Assembly (NCBI RefSeq): GCF_006345805.1
Contig: NC_043017.1
Span: forward strand, 7,688,001-7,752,000
Length of the DNA: 64,000 nucleotides
Source of the DNA: Octopus sinensis
Taxonomy: Eukaryota
Direction: 5' to 3'
The position numbers and the translations under genes are program-made. Shown here piece by piece: positions 49,660 through 63,290 of this stretch. Under the pieces are notes generated by a model. That model worked only from the letters and a program-made list of their open reading frames with translations. It was not told where the DNA came from and did no database searches. Position 1 is the stretch's first letter. Each line of letters starts with the position of its first letter.

Positions 49660-52600
49660 CTAAGAGGAAAAAATGAAATCATTGAGTATACATGACTCAC
49701 AAAGATAACGTTAAATAAAATAAGTTAGATTGCTTTCGATGAGGTGGGGACAAGGACTAAATTAATGAAGGTAAAGTTGCAGGTGAGAGACTGTTTAAGA
49801 AGCTTGCTTTCCAACCACATTGATCCGAGTTTAATCCTACAGTGTGGTACCTTGAACAAAGCCTTGTGAATGGATTAGGGAGAAGGTAACTGAAATAAGC
49901 CTGTTGTGTGTACCCTTGTCTAGATGTCATTTGATGGTTGTAAAGGAGCATCATCGTCATACAAGTGAGGCTGTTCATTTAGTCTTCCATGAAAAACAGG
50001 TGAGGATTATGGGTCAATGTTATAGTTAAACCTTCATAGAAGCAGTAGATTGAGCTGAAATTCAAAGTGTCTGTCTCCCTCTATTGAACAGTGCTTTTAT
50101 TTTAACTTTGTCCACATATCTTAATGGTATCTATCTTGTCAACATCTGCTTAGAGACAAAAGGGAGACTGGTTTCTAAACTTTTCAGTCAACTGGATTTA
50201 ATTCCAGAAATGGCATTTAATGTCCAATTTTCTATGCTTGAATTAGATGGAATTTGTAGAAGCAGCTTTTCTGCAGAAAGATGTCCTTCTTGTCACCAAT
50301 CCTCACTTGTTTACATACAAAGAATTTTCCCATGGGTTGGATAGATTTTCATGAAAGACTGCAAATGAAGAACATTGCTTGTATAATGGTGGGGCTCATT
50401 TACAACCATCATATGTCAAGTCAAGGGACAGACACACATATACAAGACAGGCTTCTTTCAGATTCTATCTACCAAATCCAATTGCTGGTTTTTGATCAGC
50501 CTGAGGCTAGGTAGAAGACACTTGTGCATGATGCCACTCAGTGGGACTGAATCTGAGAACATGGTTGGGAAGCAAGCTTCTCAACCACAACCTATCCCCA
50601 TCTTAAAGGAACCCATATTTTTTTTACCTCTGGCAGACTCGTTAGCACGCCGGGCGAAATGCGTAGCCGTATTTTGTCTGCTGTTATGTTTTGAGTTCAA
50701 ATTCCGCCGAGGTCGACTTTGCCTTTCATCCTTTCGGGGTCAATAAATTAAGTACCAGTTACGCCCTGGGGTCGATGTAATCGACATAATCCGTTTGTCC
50801 CCTCTGTGTTTAGCCCCTTGTGGGCAGTAGTGAAATACATATTTTTTTTACCTCTGGACCCTTTTTGATTCCTATTTTACTCAGATGGACCCTCACAGCC
50901 ATTCAGTGTTTTAAAAAATCCTGTTATATTTTTTTATAATTTACCCTTTCATTACTATTTCTGTTGAAACACGTTTGATCGTGACTTATAGGGATGGCAG
51001 TCTCTGCAACATCAAAACGTTTTTTGTTTTTTTTTTGCCAAAGATGAACAAAGTACCAGGCACTTGAAAATTAGCTTCCTGAAGCATAGCAGCTTGCCTT
51101 TAGGATCCCTTGCTATTTTACTAGTTTCAGTCATATAGCCATGCTGGAGCTTGTTAATTATATTAACCCCATCATTAATTAGAATTCTTATCAACAATGA
51201 AAAAGTAAAGTTGGTGTGGATGGAATCATGACATGGTTGTAACTGAATATAAAATATTTCATGGCTCTCCACTGTTGTAAAAAAAAAATATGAAAAAGAA
51301 AAAATGTTTAAATCTTACCTTTACAGGTTTACTGTCAATTTTCACTTTTCCCCATGACTTTGCTTCGTCTGGAGATGCTCCAGAATCACTGCCATCAAAT
51401 TCTGAACCAGAATTTATGAAAACACAGAAATCGGCTCCATTTCTCTGGAAACATTAAGAAAAATATTTTCAATTTGGCTGATCAAATAATTATACTTGAT
51501 TAATATTTATAAGAACCGAGACCTCTTTCATATAATTTTATTTTATCATTATATAACAGAATGAAGGCTTCCATGTAGTCATACAACATAGAATAGAACT
51601 GACGTCTACTATACAGATATGCCATATCAAAACTCAGACCCCTTCCATCTGGGTATCACTATATGTATATTATATTAAAGGAAAAATCAAGACCAAGGCA
51701 GAACGAGTATCTCAAATCATTTAGAATAATTTAATTAGGGGAAGGTGAATTTAGTTCACAAGTGAACTAAACCCCTCATATTCTATATATATATAAGTGG
51801 AGGCTCAGTGGTTAGGCAGCGGACTCGCGGTCGTAGGATAGAGGTTTTGATTCCCAGACTGGGCGTTGTGAGTGTTTATTGAGCAAAAACACCTGAAGTT
51901 CCACGAGGCTCCAGCAGGGTATGGTGGTGATCCCTGCTGTACTCTTTCGCCGCAACTTTCTCTCACTCTTTCTTCTGTTGGCCTGCTCGCTTAGCCAGCA
52001 GGGTGGTGTCATTTGAAGGCTAAAACAATGCGAAGCGCATTGTGACCAGCGATGTGTAGCAACATCTGATAGCCTGGTCGGTCACAGTGATATATAATAA
52101 GCACTGATCCAACAGTTGTAATGAACAGCTTGATTTTGATGTGCCTGGTCATCTAATTGTATATCACATTAAATGTATTTACACCATCAGAAGGTATGAA
52201 GCTGTGGAGTTGTTTGAGATAAAATCTCTTCATAGACTCGTGTTAAAAACAATATATATTGTCTCGATCTGACATTTATTGCTTTTAGCATAACAAGTCT
52301 GAAGGAATTTTATCTCTGACAATTACATAGCTTCATGCCTTCTAACAAACTGTGTATCCTGAATTTTTCCAGAGAGAACTATGACTATTGCCATAGCATA
52401 TTCATATCTGCCTGATCACTGTGACTTGGTGCTTATCTCCTGCATTGAAAACATTAAGCAGATGAGACACAATAGTGCCAAGGACAAACAAGATACCAAC
52501 TGCTGACCCCTCGGCTGGATTTCAGTTACCTGCATCCAAACTTTCACTAAACTTGAATATAAAGGAACAAATATTCCTTCCAACTTCTCAGGTTAATAGA

Positions 52601-55600
52601 GTTAAGGTAAAAGACCTACTAATTGTGATCACCCCATCTTTTCCCCAGACAGTGTACTCCAGACCACATTTTCCAATAAGCACTTCTTATATATGGCAAG
52701 TGTGACGAGGGAAATTTGGTTGCTATATCTAGCAGTTCAAACGACCATATAGAGATTCCTTCATCACAGAACTACAGAATTTAGTAATGCAAGCTATGGA
52801 ACATAAATTTTATAATAATGCTACAGTTGTTAATGTATAACACTGAACCATAACATCATGTGATTTACCTACTTACAGACAGTAAGACTGACCTGTTGAG
52901 AATTCAGTGTTTAGACCAAAAACAATACTAATTGCTGGTTCTTGGTTCACTTTAGATTTAGCTGGCTATACAGGTTAGCAGAGACCAGTCTAACATTTGT
53001 ATCAAAGGCTTTAGCGTTAAGAAAGATCTGTATAGTTGCTCTTACTTACCATCAGATTAGCATTACATGTATGATGTTTGGCGAGGCCTCCACCAAGGAT
53101 AATCATGCCAGTATTTTTGGCATACACAGCTTGACTATTCATCCAGCGAATATCTGTTGAGTAAAGAACAATTTTATTGGAGCAGCACATCTTAAAGTGT
53201 TTTTTTCACTACGCATGATAATTATAATAGCCTTCTAATGTAGAATGTGGGATCTTTAACCCTTTAGGATTTAAACTGATCATATCCAGCTGAAAATATT
53301 CTACCTGCTTTATGTTTAAACTGGCCAGATCTGGCCTTTCAAAATTACCCTTTAATGTCATTTTAAAAATAAACAATCACTTCATTGAAATCTCAAAGCT
53401 ACGAGATAATGCATGATTAATTCAAAACTATGTGAATAAAGAAGCATTAGATTGACAGAGTAACCTGAATGCTAAATGGTTAAATATGGGACTCGAGTTC
53501 TGTCAATCACGGACAAGTGATCATGCGATCACAATCTTAAGTTGCATGAATTAGTTTGATATTTTTATTTTGTTTTAGTTATTGGACAGTGGCCATAAAG
53601 GGCCACCACCTTGAAGGGTTTCAGTCAAACAGATCAATCCCTGTATTTATTTTTAAAGTCTGATACTTATTCTATTCATTTTTTTTGTTGTTGCTGAATT
53701 GCAAAGTTACAGGGACATAAACAAACCAACATTGGTTGCCAAGTGGTGATGAACAAACACAATAAAAAAAAAGCATATATCATCATCATCTTTAACATCT
53801 TCCTTCCATGTTGGCATGGGTTGGACAGTCTGACAGGAGCTGGCCAGGCAGGAGCCTGTGCTGTGCTTGTGTCAGTTTTGGTATGGTTTTTAAGGCTGGC
53901 TGCCCTTCCTAACACCAACCTCTCCATTGAGTAGGCTGAGTGCTTTTTACAGGGCACTCACACAGGTAAGGTTAGTTTTGATATGGTTTTACAGCTGGAT
54001 GCCCTTCCAAATGCCAGCCACTTAAGTGTGCACTGGGTGCTTTTTACATGGCACCAGTACTGGCAGGGTCACCAAGTAACTTTGCAAGACAAGGAATCTT
54101 TGAGAGGGGAGGGGGCATTGGAGGAGGTGTAGATGTAATTTTTTTGGCTGTTTTTTACATATACGAACTTGACCTTTCTAACACTGATGTTAATAGTCCA
54201 AAAAGTTAAATAATCTTATCAGAAATGGCTGATTTTGTAACTTTTACCACATTTAAACTACTTTAAACTACAAGTTGTTATTTCAATATTTTATCCATTC
54301 AACTTCTTTATTCTCTGGAATAATGGAAGAATTTGGGTGGTTAAGAAGCTTGCTTTTCAACCTTGTTGGATACAGGTTCAATCCCACTGCATGACAACCT
54401 AAACGAATGTCTTCTAGAATAGACCTCAGACAGACCAATGCTTTTTGAGTGAATCTGAGGGACAGAAACTGTGTTTAATCAAATAAATCAACCCCAGTAC
54501 TTATTTCTTCCCCTAAATCTGGTACCTAATGTACTGGTTTCCTTTGCTGAACAACTAAGTTATGGGAACATAAACAGAACACATATACATGCATATATTA
54601 TACATACAAAAGGATTTTTTTCAGTTTCCATCTAACAAGTTCACTTGCAAGGCCATTAGTCAGCCAGAGGCTATATTTATATAATCTTTCTTTTACCTTT
54701 TATTTTTTACTTGTTTCAGACATGCTGGGGGCACTTCCTTGAAATGTTAGTTTTATTGAATTGACCCTGTACCTATTTTTTAAGCCTGGTCGTTATTTTA
54801 GCAGTCTCTTTTGCTGAATCCACTCAGTTACGAGGATGCAAATACACCAACATCGATTGTCAAACAGTTGTGTTGGGGACAGTCTACCAAATCCACTCAC
54901 AAGGCTTTGGTTGGCCTGAGGCTATAGTAGAAAACACTTGCCCAAGGTGCCACACAGTGAACCGAACCCGGTCCCATGTAGTTGGGAAGCAAGCTTCTTA
55001 CCACACGTCCACGCCTGTGTCTATGTATATACACACAACATGCTTCCATGCAGTTTCCATCAATCAAATTCATTGAAAAGGCATTGCACTGTTTGGGCTT
55101 TAGTAAAAAACACTTGTCCAAAGTGATGCACAATGGAACTGAACCTGAAACCATGTGGTTGCAAGGCGATCTTCTTAACCACACAGCCATGCCAAGAAAT
55201 TAGTGATATGCAGGGCGAGAGAAACCATGAAACAATGTTTTTCAGGGTCCTGGTGAATCCCTTTCAAGAATATCTAAATAAAAGCAAAGAAATGGAAAGC
55301 AAAGAATAAACCTCACCTTGAACAATATCTACAACAAGGCCTGGGTTTTTGTAAGAATGGAAATATATCATATCACCAAGAGAGCCATCCGTTAATCCAG
55401 GACAAAATACTGGAATGTTGTTCTATGGGAGAGAAAGAGAGTGAATAAAGTGAAAATATGGAATTAGATCAATATAATAATAATAATGGAATTATTGTAT
55501 ACAGTGCTCAGGTGCACCACAACTTGTCAAAAGTGCGTATAAAGCATATGCAGTAATGTACAAATGTCTGGAAAGTGAACAGTGTATGAGTCAATTCTGA

Positions 55601-58600
55601 TTTCTATGAGCCCTCACTGAATATTTTTTATGAAGCCAACAAACTGAGCCCATTTTACAATCCTGCTATATACTTCCAATGCCCCAAATATATAGTTTAC
55701 TAGAAACTTGTTTTATGATAAATACTGAAAGGAACTGCATTCAACTCTATACCCGTCTTTATACATCTGCCACTCTCCTTTCATACTCTCATGAACCCAG
55801 TCTAATCCTCTGGTGTTCACTTTCTCATTAACTTGAAGGGCCCTGACATCTCTTCACTATCCTCTCTTCTTTTCTAACAGGGATAGCCATGTATCTCCTC
55901 TTCTGAAAGACTCCCATTTCTGCCCCTTTATCATACTTTAACCTCTCATCACCTGGCACAGAGCCACCTCACTCAATACTCCCACCCACTCAGTTGTGGG
56001 TGTCTTGTCTTGTGAGTTACTTGGTGATCTCACTATGGCTGATGTTATGCAAAAAGCACCCAGTACACTCTGTGAAGGGGTTGATGTTAGTAAAAGCATT
56101 CAGCCATAGAAACCAATCGAAAGCAAACATTGGAACAACTCTCTTCACTCATTGGCTCCTGTCAAACCATCCAACCCATACCAGCATGGAAAAAAACTTG
56201 ATGTTAAACAGTGATGATGATGATGACGACTAAAAGACCGAAATGTCAATCAAAAGATACACTGAAACTAATACTTAGAATAAATCTGTTCTCTATCAAT
56301 ATGGGCCACTGTTTTACACTGGCCATCACATCTGATACATGCATCTTGGTTAAACATCATTTATAGGAAGTTATCTTAAAATGGCCAAGTGTTTGATAAT
56401 AGAAGCCCATCTGCTGTTATATATGTGTACATTAAATTGAAGGCTTACTCAATACATTTAGTAGAGTACAAATGTATTGTTCAACAAGAATAGTATTGAC
56501 AGTGACTTTAGCCAGTTAAACCATCATCAGACTGTCTGAAACTTTGAAATCATTGTCAGTGCAATTCTAATTAAAGAATGAGAAATACAGTTTATTATGT
56601 CAACCCAGTCCCTGTATGTGACTGGTATTATGTTTCGTCAAAACTGGAATGATGACAGGTGAAGTTAATTTAGCAAGACTTGAAGTCAGACGGTAAAGGG
56701 GCACAACTACATACTGCATGGTAATTTGACAGGCATGTCACTGATTATGGCAGTCCACTGCCCTACTAATGACTCTTTCTAAGGCAATTCAATTTGAAGG
56801 GAGGAATTTACTCAATGATGTCAACCTCAGTAACTGAGTGGTTCTTTATTCTGACTGACCTAAAAAAAATAAAATTCCATTTCTGTTGACCTTTGCAGAA
56901 TTTGAACTCAGAATGTAAAGAGCCAGAAAAAATACAGCAAGGTATTTTTTCCAATGTGTTAATGATTGTGCTAGCTTGTTGCCTTTGACTGTGGCAAGAT
57001 TTGAACAGAGAATATAAAGAGCTGGGGGACAAGATAAAGACTACAGATGTTTTTAGAGAAGTTGGGGTGAGAGGGATTTTTGACTATTTTATCATTATAA
57101 TTGCTTCCAAAATAGTTTCTCCAAAATAACTTTTCACTGTTCCCCCAAACATGAACATTGTATGTGTGTGTGTCTTGTGTTACATTCAAAGACAAGTTTA
57201 TTGACATTACCTTGTAGGCCCAGTAATAAACTGAGTCTGGGTTATCTATTTCCATGCCAAGACGAGCCACTAATTTCGAAGGCGTCCATAAAGTCCCCTA
57301 AAATAAAACAAAATTAGTGCAACAGAGTTAAGAAGAGTATTTAAGGGTTCTTGGTTTAATGTAAGGCACAAAAGCCTTACATTTTAGATGAAAGAGAAAT
57401 GGACTTTTATAATAGTTACAGTAGGAGGAAGAGAGACAGATAGATTGGGTATGAAGGGACCATTTGTACGAGAGGCCTTACTTTGGATTCAGTCATGCAT
57501 ATTAACAACAGGAGAACTATTTGTAGAGTCAACTTGGTTGAGGGGTGGGGTAGGAAGGTTGATTACAAAAATTGGTGGAGGCATTTTGGTAAGAGAGTCA
57601 CAGTATCATTCCAGTTTCAGTCCCACTACGCAACACTTTGCATGTCTATACTTAATATAGCAACCAAATTCTTTTCGATAAACTCCCAACAGTGTTTTTA
57701 AAATGAGTAGCTATGTTTTAAGGCCTAATTCTTTCAATAGGATGCCTTTGCTTTACAACCACATGGGTCCAGGTTCAGTTCGATTGTATGACACCTTGGT
57801 CAAGTGTCTTCTCCTATTGCCCCAGACCAAACAAAGCCTTGTGAGCGGATCTGGTGTGTGTGTTAACATCATCTGATAATTGTAAATGAATATCACTACC
57901 ATACAAGTTGCGTCATTCATTTCCAATATTCTACAAAAACATGTCTAGCCAAGGGGAAATATTATGCTCCTTGGAAACAGGTAAGGGTTAGCAACAGGAA
58001 GGGCTTCCTGTCGTAGAAAGTTTTCCACACTAAACTCCATCCAAACCATGCAAGCATGGAAAAGCAGACATTAAGACTATGATGATAAACACTGACAGAA
58101 CAGTTCCTCACTTAACCTCTTCCATACTAAAGATATCATAAAGCAGAGTCAACTAAGAATATTTGATGGTCTGACACCAAAAAAAAAAAAATCAAAATAA
58201 TACAAAACAAAGGAATTCTTACCTCTTCTTTTTGTTCCTGCAATATCTGATCCAGGATTGGCATCAACCAAGTCTCAAACTTACAGTAATTATCATTGGA
58301 AACCAGCAGATTACCAATTCGATTAATGCCAGACAAACGTAGCTTCTTGCCATCCAGCTTAAAATCTCCAATATATGTGGGAGCTAAACATTTGATGAAG
58401 TCTTCTTCAATGCCACCAGCAGATGTAACCAAACAGTCAACCTATAACAATGAGCATAATGATGACAATAATAATTAAGATAGTAATGAGGAATTGAAAT
58501 GCGAGCGTTTACCACTCCAAAAATTCAATAACATTTAAAAAAAATACTAACACAATTATATTCGCATATCGTTGATGTTATCTGTTCCAGTTATGGGCTA

Positions 58601-61600
58601 CAGCCAAGCTTGGACATCACCTTCAAAGGTTTAGATCAGCAAATTGACCCCAGTACTTATTTTTAAATCTGACACTTATTTTAGCAGTCTCCTTTGCTGA
58701 ACCACAAAGTTACAGAGATGTAATCAAACCAGAACACAGATACACACACACACATATATATATATATACATATATAAATACACACACACATGTGAGCATC
58801 AACAGTTACTGGTACTTAATTTACTGAGCAACAAAAGATGAAAGAGAATATCGCCCTTGGCAGCACATGATGTCAGAGCTTCAAGGGAGATAACTTGATA
58901 CTTCAAGACAGCTGTTTTTGTGAATTCAATACCTTTATAATGATTTCTAGGATGGGATCACGGTCACAGGTTTGAGGGGGAGGATGAGAGTATAGCTGAA
59001 TTATATAGGTGCTCAGTATTTGTCTAGTACGCTGTTTGATCAACCAAGGAGGAATGTAAGACAAACCGACTTTGGCAGGATTTGAATTCAGAACATAAAG
59101 GGCCATAACTCAACATTATCAGAGATTTATCAGACACTTAAAAAAAAAAAGGCACTCTGTCGGTTACAAGGACGAAAGTTCCAGTTGATCCGATCAATGG
59201 AACAGTCTGTTTGTGAAATTAACGTACATCTGGCTGAGAACTCCAGAGACATGCATACCCTTCAAGAAGTTCGCAGGGAGATTCAGCATGACACAGAATG
59301 TAACAAGGCTGGCCCTTTCATATACAGATATTACTCTTAGCTAAGTGGATTGAGAAACACGAGTAAAGTGTCTTGCTCAAGGACACAACGTGCCACCGAG
59401 TATCGAACTCACGACCTTACGATCTTAAACAGAGTACCTTAACCATCGGGCCACACGCCTCTGCAAATCTACCTCCCTCACTAATAATAATGCTTTCAAA
59501 GGGCAGCCATTTTGGGGGAGTCAATTACATCGACCCCGGTGTTTCACTGGTACTTAATTTATCGATACCAAAAGGATCAAAGGCAAAGTTGACCTCAGCA
59601 AAATTTGAACTCAGAACATAGAAGCAGATGAAATACCACTAAGCATTTTGCCTGGCATACTAAAGATTTTGCTAGCTCAACACCTTAATAATAATAATAA
59701 TGTTTGGCACAAGCCTAGCATTTTGATAGGAGGGGCAAGTTGATGCTATCAACTCCATCATTGAATTAATATTTAATTTGATAGACCAGAAAAGATGAAA
59801 GGTAAAGTTGAGCTCAAACACACAGATATATCTGCAAAATCTCCTTCAAATCATACTTCACTATCTTAAAATAAGAACACATTGGATAAGATAGTCCCAG
59901 GTACACACTGCCTGAAAAATTGAACCAGGAAAGTTATGACTGGAATGTTTTATAATAGATCTATTTGTTAAGGCCCAATCTGGGGTTCAACAATATCGTG
60001 TCTGAATGGTAAAAAGGAAACTATTTTTACTTACCATATTGTGTTGTACAAGATATCTAATAGAGTCACGGACCCCACTTGATATCATGTTAGATGTGAA
60101 AGCCAGGAATATTGTACAGTTGCTCCTCTCACGCCCAACGGGGTTTAAATTCATTTCTTCTAATTCATTGGCAGACAGAGGTATTAATTTCTTGTCAATC
60201 TATAAAAATATGTAAAATATGCATATGAAATGTACTTTAAAATACGTGCACACACAAACGTGTGTGTGGGTGTATTCAATTCAGCAAGAGAGTTTTTGAT
60301 GTTTCAAGCATAGCTCTTTGTTAGAGAGGAGAAAGGGAAAAGTCCAAAGAAGGAAAAGAAAGCCAACAGTGTGAAGTTACACTGCTGAAGTCAAGACTGG
60401 TCCCTCTGGTGCTGAAAAGCACTTCTAGTGGTGCCACGTAAAAATGCCCATATGATGCCATGTAAAAGCACTCGTGCAGTGCCACATAAAAGCACCCAGC
60501 ACACTCTGTGTAAAGTGGTTGGAGTTAGGAAGGGCATCTAGCAGTTCAAACCATGCCAGATCAGACTGGAGTCTGGTGCAGCTCCCCACCTCGCCAGCTC
60601 TGGTCAAACAGTCCAACCTGTGCCAGCATGGATAATGGACGTATGATGATGATGATGATATACATATACACACACACACACACATAGACATACATATAAG
60701 TATGGCTGTGTAGTAAGAAGATTACTTCCCAACCATGTGGTTTCAAGTTCAATCCCAGTGTGCAAACATCTACTATAGCTTTGAGGAGCAAACCCTTGTG
60801 AGTGGAGTTGAATAGGAAACTGAAAGAAGCCCATTAGATGTATGCATGCACACATGTATTATGTTCATTTGGCATAGGTTGGATGGTTTGTCAGGATCTC
60901 AGTCAGTCTGTATAGGAGTTACAGTCTTCTTAGGTTGTAGGACATCTTGCTCAAACATCTCAGATTTGGCACTGCTTCTGTGTTTGTGTATGTACATATT
61001 AAATAAGAGTATATATCTGAATCATCATCATCGTTTAACGTCCGTTTTCCATGCTAGCATGGGTTGGACGGTTCGACTGGGGTCCGGGAAGTAGGAGGCT
61101 GCACCAGGCTCCAGTCTGACCTGGCAGTGTTTCTACAGCTGGATGCCCTTTCTAATGCCAACCACTCTTTTTACATGCCACTGGCACAGGGGCCAGAGGG
61201 GGTTGGCAATGACCGCGATTAGTTGGTGCTTTTTACGTGCCACCGGCACGGAAGCCAGTCAAGGCGGCACTAGCATCGGCAATGTTCGGATGGTGCTTTT
61301 TACATGCCAGCAAGATATATTCTTTGTTTGGAGACAGATTTACAGAGTTGATTCTGTTTACAACTAACTCTGTATAAGGTATAGTGGGGGAGCTGGTCCA
61401 TTTAGGGTGCTTTCACCAACACTGCTGCTATAGCATCAAGAGCAGATTAGAAGACTACACAACCACCATCAACATCCACAAAGAGGCAAAAACTAATAAA
61501 ATTGAAGCAGCCATCACCAAGAACACCTTCAGCGGGCAGGACTAATGATTTTTTTTAAATGAGCAAGGGAAACAAAAACAGTTCAATATCCAGCTGAGGA

Positions 61601-62541
61601 AGGGTAAATGAGTGGATGAATGCAAAGAGAACACATGAAGTACTTTAAGGATGTCCTGATGGCAACCCTCAAAAAGCCACATGGGCTGGATACCATTGAG
61701 AATATACTGAGAGAGCAAGCAAGAAGGAAGAAAACAAAAAAGCCAACAGTGAAAAACTGCTCTCGTTTCTGCACTGATCTGTCTTCATAGATTTGTGCCT
61801 CTAAGATTAGGCTTTTTAATCTTGATCATCTTTATACTTTTGATCTGGAAGATTATCATGCTTGATTTCAAAGGATTGCTGTAATGCAATATCTTTTATT
61901 TTTTCTTCTACTTGTTTCAGTCATTGGCCTGTGGCCATGCTGGTGCACCACTGTGAATTGTTTAGTCAAACAAATCGATCCTAGTACTTATTTTTAAGTC
62001 TGGTACTTATGCTATCAATCTCTCGTCAAACCACTAAGTTATGGGGATGTAAACAAACCAACACTGGCTGTCAAGTAGTGGTGGGGGACAAACACAAAGT
62101 TTACACACACACACATATATATATGATGTATTCCTACACAGTTTCCTTCTACCAAATTCACTCAAAAGGCATTGCTTGACCCTGGGCTATAGTAGAGGAC
62201 AGCTGCTCAGGGTGCCACACAGTGGGACTGAACCCCAAACCATGTGGTTACAAAGCAAGCTTTTTAACCACACAGATACAGACACAAACATATATGTATC
62301 TACACACACAAACAACTAACAGAGAAAAGCAATTACAACTCACCATATTCTTAATTTCTTGAACAGCAAAGCCAAAGTTGGTAGCTTGGAATCCAGAGGT
62401 GGCAAAAGATTTTAATAGTTTGTGGTAATCTATACCATTGTTGAAATCATAACCTTTAACTTCGGTATATTTGTCAGCAGAAAGAGGTTCACTTGTGAGT
62501 AAGACGGCCTCTTTAGCACACTGAGGAATATTGTCAGACAT
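49570..62541 (-). CDS. DHPS: Deoxyhypusine synthase, 8 coding exons, 364 aa
   Basis: Diagnostic motifs [92 protein letters not shown] introns, phases consistent, 1095 nt. Confidence 0.98.
50634..50837 (+). mobile_element. Young tRNA-headed SINE (Deu/Nin-domain-like) with perfect 20-bp TSD
   Basis: CATATTTTTTTTACCTCTGG at 50614-50633 and 50838-50857; core gcctttcatcctttcggggtc.ataaattaagtaccag; many decayed relatives at 16700-21720 and 59490-59690. Confidence 0.88.
51319..51444 (-). CDS. DHPS: DHPS coding exon 7 (active-site Lys)
   Basis: [42 protein letters not shown] / gtaaga. Confidence 0.97.
51798..52090 (+). mobile_element. tRNA-headed SINE (3' part repeated at 63300-63410, - strand)
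   Basis: A/B-box-like head; 3' end gtagcaacatctgatagcctggtcggtcac shared with the reverse complement of 63300-63410. Confidence 0.8.
53050..53153 (-). CDS. DHPS: DHPS coding exon 6
   Basis: [35 protein letters not shown] / gtaagt. Confidence 0.97.
53260..53479. mobile_element. piggyBac-like MITE (opposite orientation to 47262)
   Basis: TTAA-flanked, same internal sequence. Confidence 0.8.
55317..55422 (-). CDS. DHPS: DHPS coding exon 5
   Basis: [35 protein letters not shown] / gtgagg. Confidence 0.97.
57211..57297 (-). CDS. DHPS: DHPS coding exon 4
   Basis: [29 protein letters not shown] / gtaatg. Confidence 0.97.
58223..58441 (-). CDS. DHPS: DHPS coding exon 3
   Basis: [21 protein letters not shown]...QEQKEE / gtaaga. 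Confidence 0.97.
60035..60199 (-). CDS. DHPS: DHPS coding exon 2
   Basis: IDKKL...[29 protein letters not shown] / gtaagt. Confidence 0.96.
61022..61315 (-). mobile_element. RTE 3' UTR copy with repeat units
   Basis: catcatcatcgtttaacgtccgttttccatgctagc... on the + strand. Confidence 0.85.
61550..61830 (+). mobile_element. RTE/BovB-like ORF2 C-terminal remnant
   Basis: [13 protein letters not shown] and, after a frameshift, a C-terminal [11 protein letters not shown]-like motif; heavily decayed. Confidence 0.55.
62344..62541 (-). CDS. DHPS: DHPS coding exon 1 (exon starts 62549; 5' UTR exon further upstream)
   Basis: ttctccag/cctgaaaaATG; [14 protein letters not shown]...QEIKNM / gtgagt. 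Confidence 0.96.
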
Positions 62542-62788
62542 TTTTCAGGCTGGAGAATACAACAAAACAAATAACACTATTAGAAGAGAGTAGGGTATCT
62601 TTATGTGGTTGTTGTTTAAACTACTAGAAATAGAAGCCAAATCTTTGTCAACAATACATTGTATGTCTGAATAAAAGAGGGGTCACCGTAGTTATAATAC
62701 CTTTAGCTATAGGTCTACTTACTTAGGTCTCACCTGAGTTTAAACAACAATAATGGATATGAGTGGGAGGATATATAAGCACGTGAAA

Positions 62789-63290
62789 TCATCATCATCA
62801 TCACTTAGCATCTGATTCCAATACTGGCATGGGTTGGACGGTTTGACTGGAACTGGTATGCTGGAGAGCTGCACCACATTCCAGTCTGATCTGGCGTGGT
62901 TTCTATAGTTGGATGCCCTTCCTAACACCAGCCATTCCAAGAGTATAATGGGTGCTTCTTATGTGTCACTGACACGAGTGCTCTTATGTGCCACTGGCAT
63001 CAGTCATGACTAGCATTTCACTTGGCTTGTTGAGTGTTCTTAAGCACAGCATATTGCCGAAGGTCTCAGTCACTTGTTGCTGCCTCCATGAGGACCAATG
63101 TTCAAAGATCATACTTCACCACCTTGTCCCATGTCTTCCTAGGTCTACCTCTACCACAGGTTCCCTCCACAGTTAGAGATTGGCACCTCTTTACACAGCT
63201 GTCCTCATCACATAACCATACCAATGCAGTCATCTCTTTTGCATACCACATCTGATGCCTCTTATGTCCAATTTTTCTCTCAAGATGCTT
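62789..63290 (-). mobile_element. RTE LINE 3' end: ORF2 C-terminus joined to the (GAT)n-tailed 3' UTR
   Basis: LREKLDIRGIRCGMQKR.LHWYG... continuous with the common tail sequence. Confidence 0.85.

Noticed and set aside
51798-51870. tRNA-like sequences here and at 41446 and 32299
   Set aside because: SINE heads continuing into repeat bodies; acceptor stems do not close
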